From: Gemmatimonadota bacterium
Lineage (GTDB): Bacteria > JBHIER01 > G020348925
DNA length: 64,000 nt
Direction: 5' to 3'
NCBI GenBank assembly: GCA_020348925.1
Contig: CP070758.1
Span: forward strand, 248,001 to 312,000
Part shown: positions 41,447 through 51,264 of the stretch, one piece after another
How positions within the stretch are numbered: the first letter of the stretch is position 1
How the letters are laid out: each line of letters starts with the position of its first letter
Made by a program: the position numbers and the translations under genes
The notes under the pieces: model-generated
Databases searched by the model: none
The model's input: only the letters and a program-made list of their open reading frames with translations
What the model was told of the DNA's origin: nothing

Positions 41447-43951
41447 TCACACAGGCAGTTCAACGCTGACTGTTGTTCCAATGCCTTCACGGCTTTTGAT
41501 TTCAATGGTTCCACGATGATCATCAACAATCTTCTTTACAATGGCTAAACCCAATCCGGTACCTCCTTCTGTCAGCGAGAAGAAAGGTTCAAAGAGTTTG
41601 TCCACATTCTCCTGGTTGATACCGATGCCCGTATCAGCGATCTCGATGACCACGCAATTTTGAACTTGACCAACACCGTCTTCCGGCAACTTCTGAACAA
41701 AATGCGTCGAGATTGTCAACGTCCCACCATCAGGCATGGCGTTGACGCCGTTGTCCAAAAGGTTCGTCAGTACTGTCTGGATCTGTTCTTCATCGGCAAA
41801 GGAATCAGAAACGTCTTCAGCGTAAACTGATTTCAAGTTTACATTATCCGGAATACCCTGAATATATTTACCTAAAGTTTTTTTTGCAACCTCATTGATA
41901 TTTGTTGGTTGTAAATTAGGTGGTTTCAAACTGGCGAATTTCATAAATCCGTCAGAGATAGTACGCAATCTGGTAACTTCTTCTAAAATGGATTCGGCGT
42001 ATTTGTCATAGATCGAAATTTCTTCTTTGGCCTTCCTCTGATATTCCATCTGCAAACGCTGAAGTGTCAGCATTACTGTTGACAGAAGATTTTTAATTTC
42101 ATGAGCCAATCGCTGGGCCATCGCCGCCCATTCGATGGCTCGTTTTGACTGAACGAATTTTGTAATGTCCTCGATCGTAATGAACTTTCCTCGATCACGA
42201 TTCCTTTTGTCAACAAGAGACGTAATGCTGATTAAAACATCTTTGACATCATCACCGCAAGTTAGTCGAAGTTCTTGCGATCCCCCCCCGAATCGCTTTT
42301 TTGACTTTTCAATGAATTTCAGAATTTCTTGTTGTCCAACATGTTGCAAAACTTCTTGATAATTTTGGCCTTTGATATTCAGCATGTGCAATCCTAAAAT
42401 CTCTCTTGCCCTCTTCGTAACGAACGTAATAGTATCTTTCCTGTCAATTAAAAATAATCCTGTTGAAATCCCATCAAAAAACCTGTCTTGATCATATTGG
42501 AACGGATTGAATGCCATTCGTCTTGACACCGTGAAAATGATGATCGCAAAAAAGACACAACCGACAATAAATCCCCCAAGGAGATAATTCCAGGGAATTG
42601 GTGGTAACAATACCTTTTTAAGAGACAATTGATATAAAAAATTCCTTGTAAGTAATAAAATTTTCTTCGTCTGTCCATAACCAGTACGCATCGAAGCAAG
42701 TTGCCAGGTATCGTCGAATTTGGCCATAAGTTTCAACTCCGGATTCAAGACAAGAGTTCTATTATCCGCAGTAGAAATGAATATCTCTTCCTTTAAATCT
42801 GAATTTATATCGTCTATCAACAACACCGAAGTGTCCAACGGATAATTAAAGGCATGTATAATTTCAAGTTCCGGACTGAATTGTAAAACTCCAGAATCAG
42901 TTGTTGTTGCAATCAATTCCATTTTCCTATCATCGTTCAGATCGGACACATGCAAACTCGTGAAATGGGTGAACAGATGATAGGCCCTTTCGATGTGACC
43001 ATTACTGCCTGTCCTGATCTTAATATCATTGGGTTTTCTGACATTCGCCGATTCGCTGTATGACGCCGTTACCACCTCAGTTAGACTATCACCGTCAATA
43101 TCCCCAACTGCCACACAACAGTAAGACGATTCAGCGCCCGTTCGAACACGCCACAAAAGTTCACCATGGAGATTTAAAACGAATATGTAACTCAAACTGT
43201 CCACCGTTCCATTATCTTTATTTCCGTTGTTACACCCTGCACTGGAGCATATTATCTCCGGAACGCGATCACCGTCCACATCTGTTAAAAGGATTTCAAG
43301 CGGACAGGGTCCCATTCTAAATTCCCATAACGTTTCTCCCTTCGTAACATCGAAAACATAGATGCCTCTTGGTCTCTCGTCATACCCCGTAGTAACACGT
43401 GTTATAATATCCTTAAAACCATCATTATTCACATCATAACCTGTAACGAGATAGATATTACCATCCCAAAAACCTGAGCCATCAAGATCGCTTCCCTCAA
43501 CCGCCTTGAAAAATTGAATGCTGTCCTCCTCGGAACTGAGAACTTTTAAGTAAATGCAATTTGTATCCTTTTCTGCGATTATAATTTCTAAATCACCAGT
43601 CAGGTTTAAATTTACCGCGAGTATCGATTGAATTACTCGCGTTGTGGTATACACCCAGCGATTGCGCTGACGTTCTTCGTCATAATATTCGAGTGTGTAT
43701 TTATTATAATCCCACATGCGAGATAATAAAAACTCGTCTCTCATATCGTTATCTATATCATTGACATAAATACCAATTCCTTCCGTTATCACTCCCTTCG
43801 TTGTCGCTTCCCTTGTCCGATAGCGATCCAATTCTTTGAAGGAATATGGTAGATTCTCCAAATCCATGTTTTCGTCAATCGCTTTCACATTCCAACAACA
43901 GAAAATAAAACTCAACAGTATGAAAAATAACCATCTGATGGACAATTTCAC
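41447..43951 (-). CDS. Sensor histidine kinase with FG-GAP-like extracellular domain and PAS domain (NtrY-like kinase core)
   Basis: DxDxDG repeats, single TM, AQRLAHEIKN, NLLDNG, DTGIG and GTGLGL motifs. Confidence 0.88.
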   Translation of the reverse strand: MKLSIRWLFFILLSFIFCCWNVKAIDENMDLENLPYSFKELDRYRTREATTKGVITEGIGIYVNDIDNDMRDEFLLSRMWDYNKYTLEYYDEERQRNRWVYTTTRVIQSILAVNLNLTGDLEIIIAEKDTNCIYLKVLSSEEDSIQFFKAVEGSDLDGSGFWDGNIYLVTGYDVNNDGFKDIITRVTTGYDERPRGIYVFDVTKGETLWEFRMGPCPLEILLTDVDGDRVPEIICSSAGCNNGNKDNGTVDSLSYIFVLNLHGELLWRVRTGAESSYCCVAVGDIDGDSLTEVVTASYSESANVRKPNDIKIRTGSNGHIERAYHLFTHFTSLHVSDLNDDRKMELIATTTDSGVLQFSPELEIIHAFNYPLDTSVLLIDDINSDLKEEIFISTADNRTLVLNPELKLMAKFDDTWQLASMRTGYGQTKKILLLTRNFLYQLSLKKVLLPPIPWNYLLGGFIVGCVFFAIIIFTVSRRMAFNPFQYDQDRFFDGISTGLFLIDRKDTITFVTKRAREILGLHMLNIKGQNYQEVLQHVGQQEILKFIEKSKKRFGGGSQELRLTCGDDVKDVLISITSLVDKRNRDRGKFITIEDITKFVQSKRAIEWAAMAQRLAHEIKNLLSTVMLTLQRLQMEYQRKAKEEISIYDKYAESILEEVTRLRTISDGFMKFASLKPPNLQPTNINEVAKKTLGKYIQGIPDNVNLKSVYAEDVSDSFADEEQIQTVLTNLLDNGVNAMPDGGTLTISTHFVQKLPEDGVGQVQNCVVIEIADTGIGINQENVDKLFEPFFSLTEGGTGLGLAIVKKIVDDHRGTIEIKSREGIGTTVSVELPV

Positions 43952-44046
43952 AATTTTACCTCAGTCGAAATTTTTTCTTAATGGAATTTTCGTTTACTAA
44001 ATGTAAATATTAACCCAACAATTGCGAGAAACAACAAAATTTTTAG

Positions 44047-44086
44047 AAAAATGCCACTGAGGTTACCATTCCTCAATGGCATTTTT
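44047..44086. terminator. Bidirectional terminator hairpin
   Basis: AAAAATGCCACTGAGG...CCTCAATGGCATTTTT. Confidence 0.75.
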
Positions 44087-44104
44087 TCCATTTACGATCA
44101 GGAA

Positions 44105-44840
44105 TTATTTCATAAGAATCATACTCTTGGTGGTCATAAAGTTGTCAGTGGCGATCTGATAGAAGTAAACTCCGCTGGGAAAATCTATTGCCACCCAGCT
44201 AACACTGTAAAAACCAGCTTCCAACTGTTCATCAATCAAAACCTTGACCACCTGTCCCAACACATTGTACAATTTAAGAGTCACCTTGGTGTTCTCAGGC
44301 AATCCAAAATCGATGTTCGTCTCAGGATTGAATGGATTCGGATAGTTGTCCAGCAAAATATACTCCTCTGGTACAATACCTTCCTTTACAGCCAGTACCA
44401 CAGGAAAACGCGGAGGACGCGTTACCTCCATAATCACATCGTCGCTGTGGACTGTATTTCCGTCATCTCCAGTTACGGTCAATATATAGTTTCCTACTGG
44501 TGTTCGACGCGTTACTTCCACCACGAGACTTGTTGTCACGAATCCGTGAGGTGGCACCGTAATGGCATCAGTGGGATCAAAGTAATACCTTCGCGTTCCA
44601 ACTGGCATGCCGGTTACACTTAAAAGTACTGTTCCGCTGTAACCACTAATAGAACTGACTGTCACATCGTACCTCACTGTTCCAATGAAATACATAAACC
44701 ATTGTACAGTATCTCTATCCGGAACAACAGACAGGGAGAAATCTGTGAAGAGAGGTCCATTTCCTTCAAAGACATCCAGAGTTTTTCCGCCCACAATGGT
44801 CTCATGAGTATCGTCGTTATCCGCATCTCCTACAGAAAGA
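44105..44840 (-). CDS. 3' fragment of a secreted protein with Ig-like domain and FlgD/T9SS-type CTD
   Basis: Ends LLDNYPNPFNPETNIDFGLP...TKSMILMK; 5' end lost in the gap. Confidence 0.8.
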
Positions 44841-44940
44841 NNNNNNNNNNNNNNNNNNNNNNNNNNNNNNNNNNNNNNNNNNNNNNNNNNNNNNNNNNNN
44901 NNNNNNNNNNNNNNNNNNNNNNNNNNNNNNNNNNNNNNNN
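44841..44940. other. Assembly gap (100 N)
   Basis: Run of N. Confidence 1.
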
Positions 44941-45871
44941 TTAGTGTCAGAATCGCTGCGGCTCCGAATATAAGACTTCTACTCGCTGACTTCCTTCGTT
45001 TCTTCCGCAGAGTCGTTGAGGACTTATTTCTCAGCGGTTTTGATAAAGTCTCGGATGAATCCCCCAATGCCATCCGCAAATCGTTGAGCATCTCCTGAAT
45101 TGATTGATATCTGTCCTCAGCATCTTTCTCCAAGGCTTGATCGAGGATGTGAATGAGTTCTGGAGGAAGATCAGACCTGTATTCAGAGACCGGATCTGGC
45201 TCTTCGTTGATAATCGAGTAAAGCATGGCTGCTTCGTGTTCTCCAGGGAAGGGTATCTTTCCTGTGAGCATTTCATAGAGCACCACACCCAGGGACCAGA
45301 TGTCAGTGCGGTGATCTACATCCCTCCCCCGTGCCTGCTCCGGTGACATGTAGGCCACGGTTCCAACAGTGGAGCCAGTGCGAGTGATCCTGTCCTGCCC
45401 TTTCAGTTTGGCCAGACCAAAGTCAAGGATCTTGGCCACGCCGTCTTCATCAATTATGATATTTGCCGGTTTGATGTCCCGATGGACAATTCCCTGCTCG
45501 TGAGCCTTGGCCAGACCCTGGGCGATCTGGGTGGTGATATCAACAGCTTCCTCCAGTTGCATTGGTCCACTCGCAATTCTTTCCTTCAGCGTCTGACCCT
45601 CGTAGCAGTCCATGGATAAAAATGTCTGACCCTCTTCGGTTTCATTAATTTCATGGATGGTGCAGATGTTATAATGCCTGAGTGCCGCCGCGGCCCGTGC
45701 TTCGTTGAGGAATCGTTCCTTGGCTACGGAATCCTTGGTTAGTTCTGGCGGGAGGAACTTAATTGCAACAGTTCGTTTGAGGGTAGTATCCTCGGCTTTG
45801 TAAACCATCCCCATACCACCTTCGCCGAGTTTTTCCAGGATTTTATAATGTGAGATTGTTTCGCCGATCAT
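44941..45871 (-). CDS. Hanks-type Ser/Thr protein kinase, 5' fragment ending in a TM segment
   Basis: GEGGMG, VAIK, HRDIKPAN, DFG, GTVAYMSPEQ and DIWSLG motifs. Confidence 0.95.
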
Positions 45872-46204
45872 GCAACCCCGTAAGGTATCGATACGTGTTG
45901 TGAAACCCAAAGATGAGAGGATTGGTACAATATTATATCAAGAGACTCTTTAGTTCTACAAAATTAAATATACGAAAGAATTGAAAGAAATCAATATCCT
46001 ATCTCGATTTGAATGATAAGACTCTGTTACAGATAAACAATCATTTTCTTCTCCTATTTGAAAATATCCATACTTTTGTTGCATGTAAGAAAAATGAGAT
46101 TATCTTTAAGATCAGGCATTCTTCTGAGATGAAAAGGAGGTATCTCTGGTATAAAAGGTCCTCGGATCGGAAAGATACAGCTCGGCGAAAGGAGGTGATT
46201 GCGA

Positions 46205-46336
46205 ATGAGAGGTGAACATCTGTTCGATCTCATCATGTTCTGGATTACGGCCTGGGCGATTTTTCACTGGGGTGCAGCAATAATAGGCCCGGTTATAGGC
46301 CCGGTTATAGGCCCTGTTATAGTAACCGGCCCATAA
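46205..46336 (+). CDS. Unannotated 43-aa hydrophobic peptide with (IGPV)x3 repeat
   Basis: AAGGAGGTGA Shine-Dalgarno; MRGEHLFDLIMFWITAWAIFHWGAAIIGPVIGPVIGPVIVTGP*; hairpin follows directly. Confidence 0.72.
   Translation: MRGEHLFDLIMFWITAWAIFHWGAAIIGPVIGPVIGPVIVTGP
46283..46321 (+). repeat. 12-bp tandem repeat ATAGGCCC(G/T)GTT x3
   Basis: Directly visible; in frame within the small ORF, with a synonymous CCG/CCT change. Confidence 0.9.
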
Positions 46337-46344
46337 CGATCTCA

Positions 46345-46391
46345 GGGGGTTCGGGTTATTATTAAACACTGAGCCCCCTTCTTCATTTTTT
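46345..46391 (+). terminator. Terminator-like hairpin after the small ORF
   Basis: GGGGGTTCGG...CTGAGCCCCC followed by TTCTTCATTTTTT. Confidence 0.65.
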
Positions 46392-46723
46392 CGATTCGTG
46401 AAAACCTTGGATGCTTCATGGAAGTTTTTCATAAATCCTATCTCCCTTCATTTTTCCTCTCAAACTCTTCAGGTCGAGAAAGCCGTGTCAATGGATTCAC
46501 AATATCCATTTCCACGAATCCCTGAACAGACGACTGACGAGTGAGTGAACCGGAAAAGGTAATGTTAAAAGCTCCCAATAATCCTTGACCTCGTAACGTT
46601 ATTTGAGCAGAATTTCTTGTCCTGCGCATCTTTGCTCATAACGAGACGTTGCTTCGGCGTGAGATCATCAATCCTTTTTTGAGGCATTAGGCTGGGATAT
46701 TTCAAACAAAGAAGGTTACACTC

Positions 46724-46942
46724 ATGTATAAAAAGATGTCATCCATTAGGATGCCGTTAAAGTATTGGGGGAGGATAATGAATTCACATATATGTCTGCC
46801 ATGGGCAAAGACACAGGATGAAAAGACAAAACGCCAGTGCCGTATTGACATTACTGCCCAAAAAATCGACCACCCCGTTTATGAACTCTACAAAAGAGCA
46901 GGCAAGAAAATCGAGATTGTTGAGGGAAAGAAGAATGGCTAA
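46724..46942 (+). pseudogene. Degenerate C-terminal remnant of a type IIG restriction-modification enzyme
   Basis: AKTQDEKTKRQCRIDITAQKIDHPVYELY...IEIVEG resembles the ID.LVYELY.LT..EI.IVE tail of such enzymes. Confidence 0.55.
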
Positions 46943-47112
46943 TACATAATTCATTAACCTTGCGGAAATTCTATAAATTTCCGCAAAGGGAGGTCGTTTT
47001 TTGCCCGAACGCTTTCGGGGAGATTCGGAGATATTCGACGGGTGAAGCGAGTGACGCCCGAAAGCTCCACTCAAGACGAAGTGGTCAGCGCTCATGCAGG
47101 GAGGCGAACAAA

Positions 47113-48963
47113 ATGAAAAGAATAATTCTCGTTCTGACTTTTTTCGCGTGCGTTTCACAGTTTTCACATGCTCAAACCTTCACTGAAGTAACAGAAGGAG
47201 GATGGGGACAGGGAATAAATGACAGTAAGCCCTTCTTCACCGACCTGGATAATGACGGGTTGCTTGATCTGATTATCGGAGAATATGATGGATCGCTCCA
47301 TCATTACGAGCAGGATGCGGGACAATCGATATCCTTCACCCTCATTTCTCGTTTTTTCAACTCTATCGATGTGGGAATTTTTGCTGCTCCTACTATTACG
47401 GACCTTGAAAGCGATGGCTTGGTGGATCTTCTGATAGGCGAACAGGACGGTAATCTGAACCACTACGAACAGGTCGCGGCGAATTCGGACAGCTTTGCCC
47501 TGGTCACGGACACATTTAATGACATAGATGTCGGTGATAAATCTGTACCCTTCTGCGTCGATGTGGACCGAGACGGCATGCTGGATCTCATAATTTCATC
47601 CCAGAATGGTACGCTTTTCCGTTATGAGCAGGACGCGTTCGGATCGACGGCCTTCACATTGGTATCTGACAACTTCAGTGACATCAGTGCAGGTTTCTTC
47701 GGCACCGTCTGCTTCACGGATCTGGACCATGACGGTCTGTTCGATATGTTCACGGGGAGAAATCCCGGTTATCTGAATCATTATGAGCAGGATTCATCAG
47801 GATCTTCCGGTTTTTCCCTTGTATCGAGTCACTTTAATGATATCGATAATGGTGGTAACTCAACGCCTACCTTCACCGATCTGGACGGCGACGGTTTTCT
47901 CGATTTGATCGTAGGCGGCATGCATGGGAATCTCTATCACTACGGGCAGGATGAGATTGAACCTGCAACATTTTCACTGTTATCAGAGAATTTACTCGGA
48001 ATATTCGATGTGGAGTACGATGCCGCTCCCTGCTTTATTGACCTGGATGAGGATGGCTTGATGAATATGATCATTGGAACTTACTGGGGTACGCTCCATC
48101 ATTACGAACAGGATGGTGTAAATTCAGAGACGTTTCTTCTGGTTACCGAGAGCTTTTGTGACATTGATGTGGGCAGAAGTCCGACCCCTGCTTTCACCGA
48201 TCTGGATAATGACGGTTTACTGGATCTTATTATCGGTGAAAGAGACGGCGACCTCCATTATTACGAACAGGAGACCGAAGGTTCGATAAATTTTACCCTG
48301 ATATCTGATAGTCTGAGTGGGATCGATGTGGGTAGTAATGCTGCACCGGCCTTCGCCGATCTGGATCAGGATGGATTCTTGGACATGCTTGTGGGTGAAA
48401 ACGATGGGAATGTGAATCATTACGAGCAGGATGCTGTCGGATCGACAACCTTCAACCTGATTTCAGAGCATTTTAACGAAATAAGTGTGACAAGCTATGC
48501 AGCACCCCATTTTACAGATTTTGATGACGACGGTCTGTTTGATTTGATTGTGGGTCAAAATAGTCATTCCCTCCATCATTACGAACAGGAGACAGCGGGC
48601 TCGGCTCTTTTCACACTCATATCGGATCGTTTTGTTGACATTATGAGGGGAGTAGAACTGAAACCTGCATGTATTGATATAGACGGAGACGGCGATCAGG
48701 ATCTTTTTGTCGGTGACGGCAAGGGCGGCCTGCACTTCTGGCGGAATATGGAACCAGGTGGAGCGGTGAGAGGTGACTGCAACGGTGACGGATCAATCAA
48801 TCTTCTGGATATCTTAAGGGCGGTCCAACACATTTTAGGAACCTCGGAGCTTCAAGGTGATGACCTGTGGGCGGCCGACTGCAACGGCGACGGTGACATC
48901 GACCTTCTTGATCTGCTCGGAATCGTTAATGTAATCCTGGGTCTTGGCGAGTGCGCGCCGTGA
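47113..48963 (+). CDS. Secreted FG-GAP/VCBS repeat protein (10 repeats) with C-terminal dockerin-like domain
   Basis: Signal peptide; ten ~53-aa PxFTDLDxDGLxDLIIG...HYEQ repeats; RGDCNGDG...ADCNGDG...LGLGECAP. Confidence 0.88.
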   Translation: MKRIILVLTFFACVSQFSHAQTFTEVTEGGWGQGINDSKPFFTDLDNDGLLDLIIGEYDGSLHHYEQDAGQSISFTLISRFFNSIDVGIFAAPTITDLESDGLVDLLIGEQDGNLNHYEQVAANSDSFALVTDTFNDIDVGDKSVPFCVDVDRDGMLDLIISSQNGTLFRYEQDAFGSTAFTLVSDNFSDISAGFFGTVCFTDLDHDGLFDMFTGRNPGYLNHYEQDSSGSSGFSLVSSHFNDIDNGGNSTPTFTDLDGDGFLDLIVGGMHGNLYHYGQDEIEPATFSLLSENLLGIFDVEYDAAPCFIDLDEDGLMNMIIGTYWGTLHHYEQDGVNSETFLLVTESFCDIDVGRSPTPAFTDLDNDGLLDLIIGERDGDLHYYEQETEGSINFTLISDSLSGIDVGSNAAPAFADLDQDGFLDMLVGENDGNVNHYEQDAVGSTTFNLISEHFNEISVTSYAAPHFTDFDDDGLFDLIVGQNSHSLHHYEQETAGSALFTLISDRFVDIMRGVELKPACIDIDGDGDQDLFVGDGKGGLHFWRNMEPGGAVRGDCNGDGSINLLDILRAVQHILGTSELQGDDLWAADCNGDGDIDLLDLLGIVNVILGLGECAP

Positions 48964-49132
48964 TGGAATAATCTGTTTAATAGTTCTATCTGCATGATGA
49001 TAAAAACATGTTTGCCTCATGCTGAACGTGACAATCAACTGTACTTTCAACGAACTTCTGTTTTCATATCTGAGAGCACAACGTTTCACTGCACATCCCC
49101 CTGCCTTGGGGTAAACGAAAGGAGGAAGACTG

Positions 49133-51103
49133 ATGTTCAAACATGTCCTGATCGTTAGTACCCTCATCTTTTTATGTGTGGCGATGGCAAGTCCTGCCCT
49201 CCCTGATATACCGCAACTCATCAGCTTCCAGGGAAAATTGTACGATGATGCAGGAAATCCGTTGACCGGCGAATATGCCCTCACATTTCGAATCTACGAT
49301 GTCGAGACAGGAGGAACGCATATATGGTCTGAAGTTTTAACTGTGGAATGCAACAACGGCTTGTACAATGCGATATTGGGGCAAACAGAGCCATTGAACC
49401 TCGCCTTTGAAGGTCAGTACTGGCTGGGCGTTCGGGTTACCGGGGACAATGAGCTGTCGCCCAGGTACCGGCTTGTAAGTGTTCCCACTGCCTTTCGTGC
49501 GGCGGTAGCCGAATCGGCAGTGAATGCAAACGCACTTGACGGAAAAAATGCGAATGATTTCGCCGATATCGAACATCAGCATGACGACCGGTACTATACC
49601 GAGACCGAGCTGAGCACGAATGACGGTGCGGTGAATGAATCGGGTGACCCGGTGAGCTGGTACAGGATCAAGGATATGCCCGCCGGATTCGCCGACGGGG
49701 ATGACAATGCGGAAGCCGGTGGGGCCGGCGGAGGGTGGGTGGACGAGGGGCTGGAGGTGCATCTTGACAGCAGTGCGGACAGAGTTGGCATGGGGACAGC
49801 GGCACCTGGGGCGAAACTGGATATCCTGACCTTCGAGGATGATCCTCTGTATGTCCGTAGAATGCTCATTGGAATGGACACTCGGCTTTTGACGGTAAAA
49901 AACGACGGCAAGGTCGGTATCGGAACTGACAGCCCTGAGGCAAAGCTCGACATAGAAAATACGAACGCAGCCTACCACGGAGGCTATTTTCATATTGAAA
50001 ATTCCAACAGCACTTTTAGCGGAGTGTATGGCGAAACGAATGGCACCGGCAGTGGCGTCACCGGCCACACTAGCGGCAGCGGTGTCGGTGTTCGCGGTTT
50101 GGCCAACGGGACTGGCCATGCCGGATACTTCGAGGTTGATAACGGTGCCAGTTATGGGGATGCCGTCAAGGCGAGGACGAATGGTTTGAACTATGCGGGA
50201 CATTTCGAAATATTAAACGCCAGCAACAGCGCCCCCTCAGTTTACGCCACAACGAACGGAACCGGAGATGCCATCCAGGCGAAGACAAACGGCTGGGACA
50301 ATGCAGGACATTTCGAAATTACCAACGCCAGCAACAGTGCCCCTGCAGTCTATGCGACGACGAATGGAATCGGAGAGGCTCTGCATGCCTCCTCTTCCAG
50401 CGATCAGACCATACTGGGGGAGAATAATGGTAATGGCGAGGCCATAACAGGCTCTACCACAGGGCAGGGTCATGCAATCCAGGGATTGACCAGCGGTTCG
50501 GGTTATGCGGTTCATGGATTGACCACCGGCTCAACGCACGCGGGTTTCTTCGAGATCGACAACTCCGGGAGTGGTTCTTCCGCCCTCATCGCCAAGACGA
50601 ACGGTACTGGACCTGCGGCATATTTTGAAGGTGTTGGGGGTGGAGACCCTCCTGCAAAACAATGGGTTCTTATAGTCAATGCCACAGGTGGGTTAAATTA
50701 TTATGCGGCAAAATTTACAGGGCAGGTTTCTGTTGACGGAAATATTGAGGCGTATACAAAATCATTCAGGATCGATCATCCCTCCGAGCCTGATCTCGAT
50801 TTGGTTCATGGCTGCCTGGAAGGGCCGGAGAGCGGCGTTTACTACCGGGGAAAGGCGCAGCTCATCGACGGAGAGTCGGTGGTGATGTTGCCAGATTATT
50901 TTGAGGCCCTGACAAGGGAGGAGGACCGTACTGTTCTCCTCACACCGATAGGTAAGGAACCCTTTACGATGAGTTGTTCGGAGGTTGCGGATGGACAATT
51001 CACGGTCTACGGGACAAAGCCGGACGGAAAATTTTTCTGGGAGGTGAAGGCCGTCAGGGCCGATGTGGACCGTCTGGAGGTTGAAGTGGCGAAACGGCCG
51101 TAA
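49133..51103 (+). CDS. Secreted tail-fibre-like / beta-helical repeat surface protein
   Basis: Signal peptide, ISFQGKL...PRYRLVSVP N-domain, VGIGT motifs, Gly/Thr/Asn-rich repeats, KSFRIDHP...LEGPE C-terminus. Confidence 0.7.
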   Translation: MFKHVLIVSTLIFLCVAMASPALPDIPQLISFQGKLYDDAGNPLTGEYALTFRIYDVETGGTHIWSEVLTVECNNGLYNAILGQTEPLNLAFEGQYWLGVRVTGDNELSPRYRLVSVPTAFRAAVAESAVNANALDGKNANDFADIEHQHDDRYYTETELSTNDGAVNESGDPVSWYRIKDMPAGFADGDDNAEAGGAGGGWVDEGLEVHLDSSADRVGMGTAAPGAKLDILTFEDDPLYVRRMLIGMDTRLLTVKNDGKVGIGTDSPEAKLDIENTNAAYHGGYFHIENSNSTFSGVYGETNGTGSGVTGHTSGSGVGVRGLANGTGHAGYFEVDNGASYGDAVKARTNGLNYAGHFEILNASNSAPSVYATTNGTGDAIQAKTNGWDNAGHFEITNASNSAPAVYATTNGIGEALHASSSSDQTILGENNGNGEAITGSTTGQGHAIQGLTSGSGYAVHGLTTGSTHAGFFEIDNSGSGSSALIAKTNGTGPAAYFEGVGGGDPPAKQWVLIVNATGGLNYYAAKFTGQVSVDGNIEAYTKSFRIDHPSEPDLDLVHGCLEGPESGVYYRGKAQLIDGESVVMLPDYFEALTREEDRTVLLTPIGKEPFTMSCSEVADGQFTVYGTKPDGKFFWEVKAVRADVDRLEVEVAKRP

Positions 51104-51264
51104 CAGCTGATGTATGAGCCCAGTTATGAACAGAGGTTTTTCGCTGTCTCGAAAAAGATGGTTCACTTGAATTGGCTACAAATAAGGTGTCAATAGTATC
51201 CGGTTACCGATTTTGATCTGCCCTTCAAGTGGTCCTGTTTGGGGAGGGAGATAATGCACTGGGT

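Noticed and set aside
44105-45910. Apparent kinase fused to a secreted Ig/CTD domain (601-aa ORF)
   Set aside because: The ORF reads through a 100-N placeholder gap; the fusion is an artefact of joining contigs.
46112-46432. Minus-strand ORF with YNRA repeats
   Set aside because: It is the antisense reading of the IGPV repeat; the plus strand has the SD, the synonymous repeat variation and the terminator.
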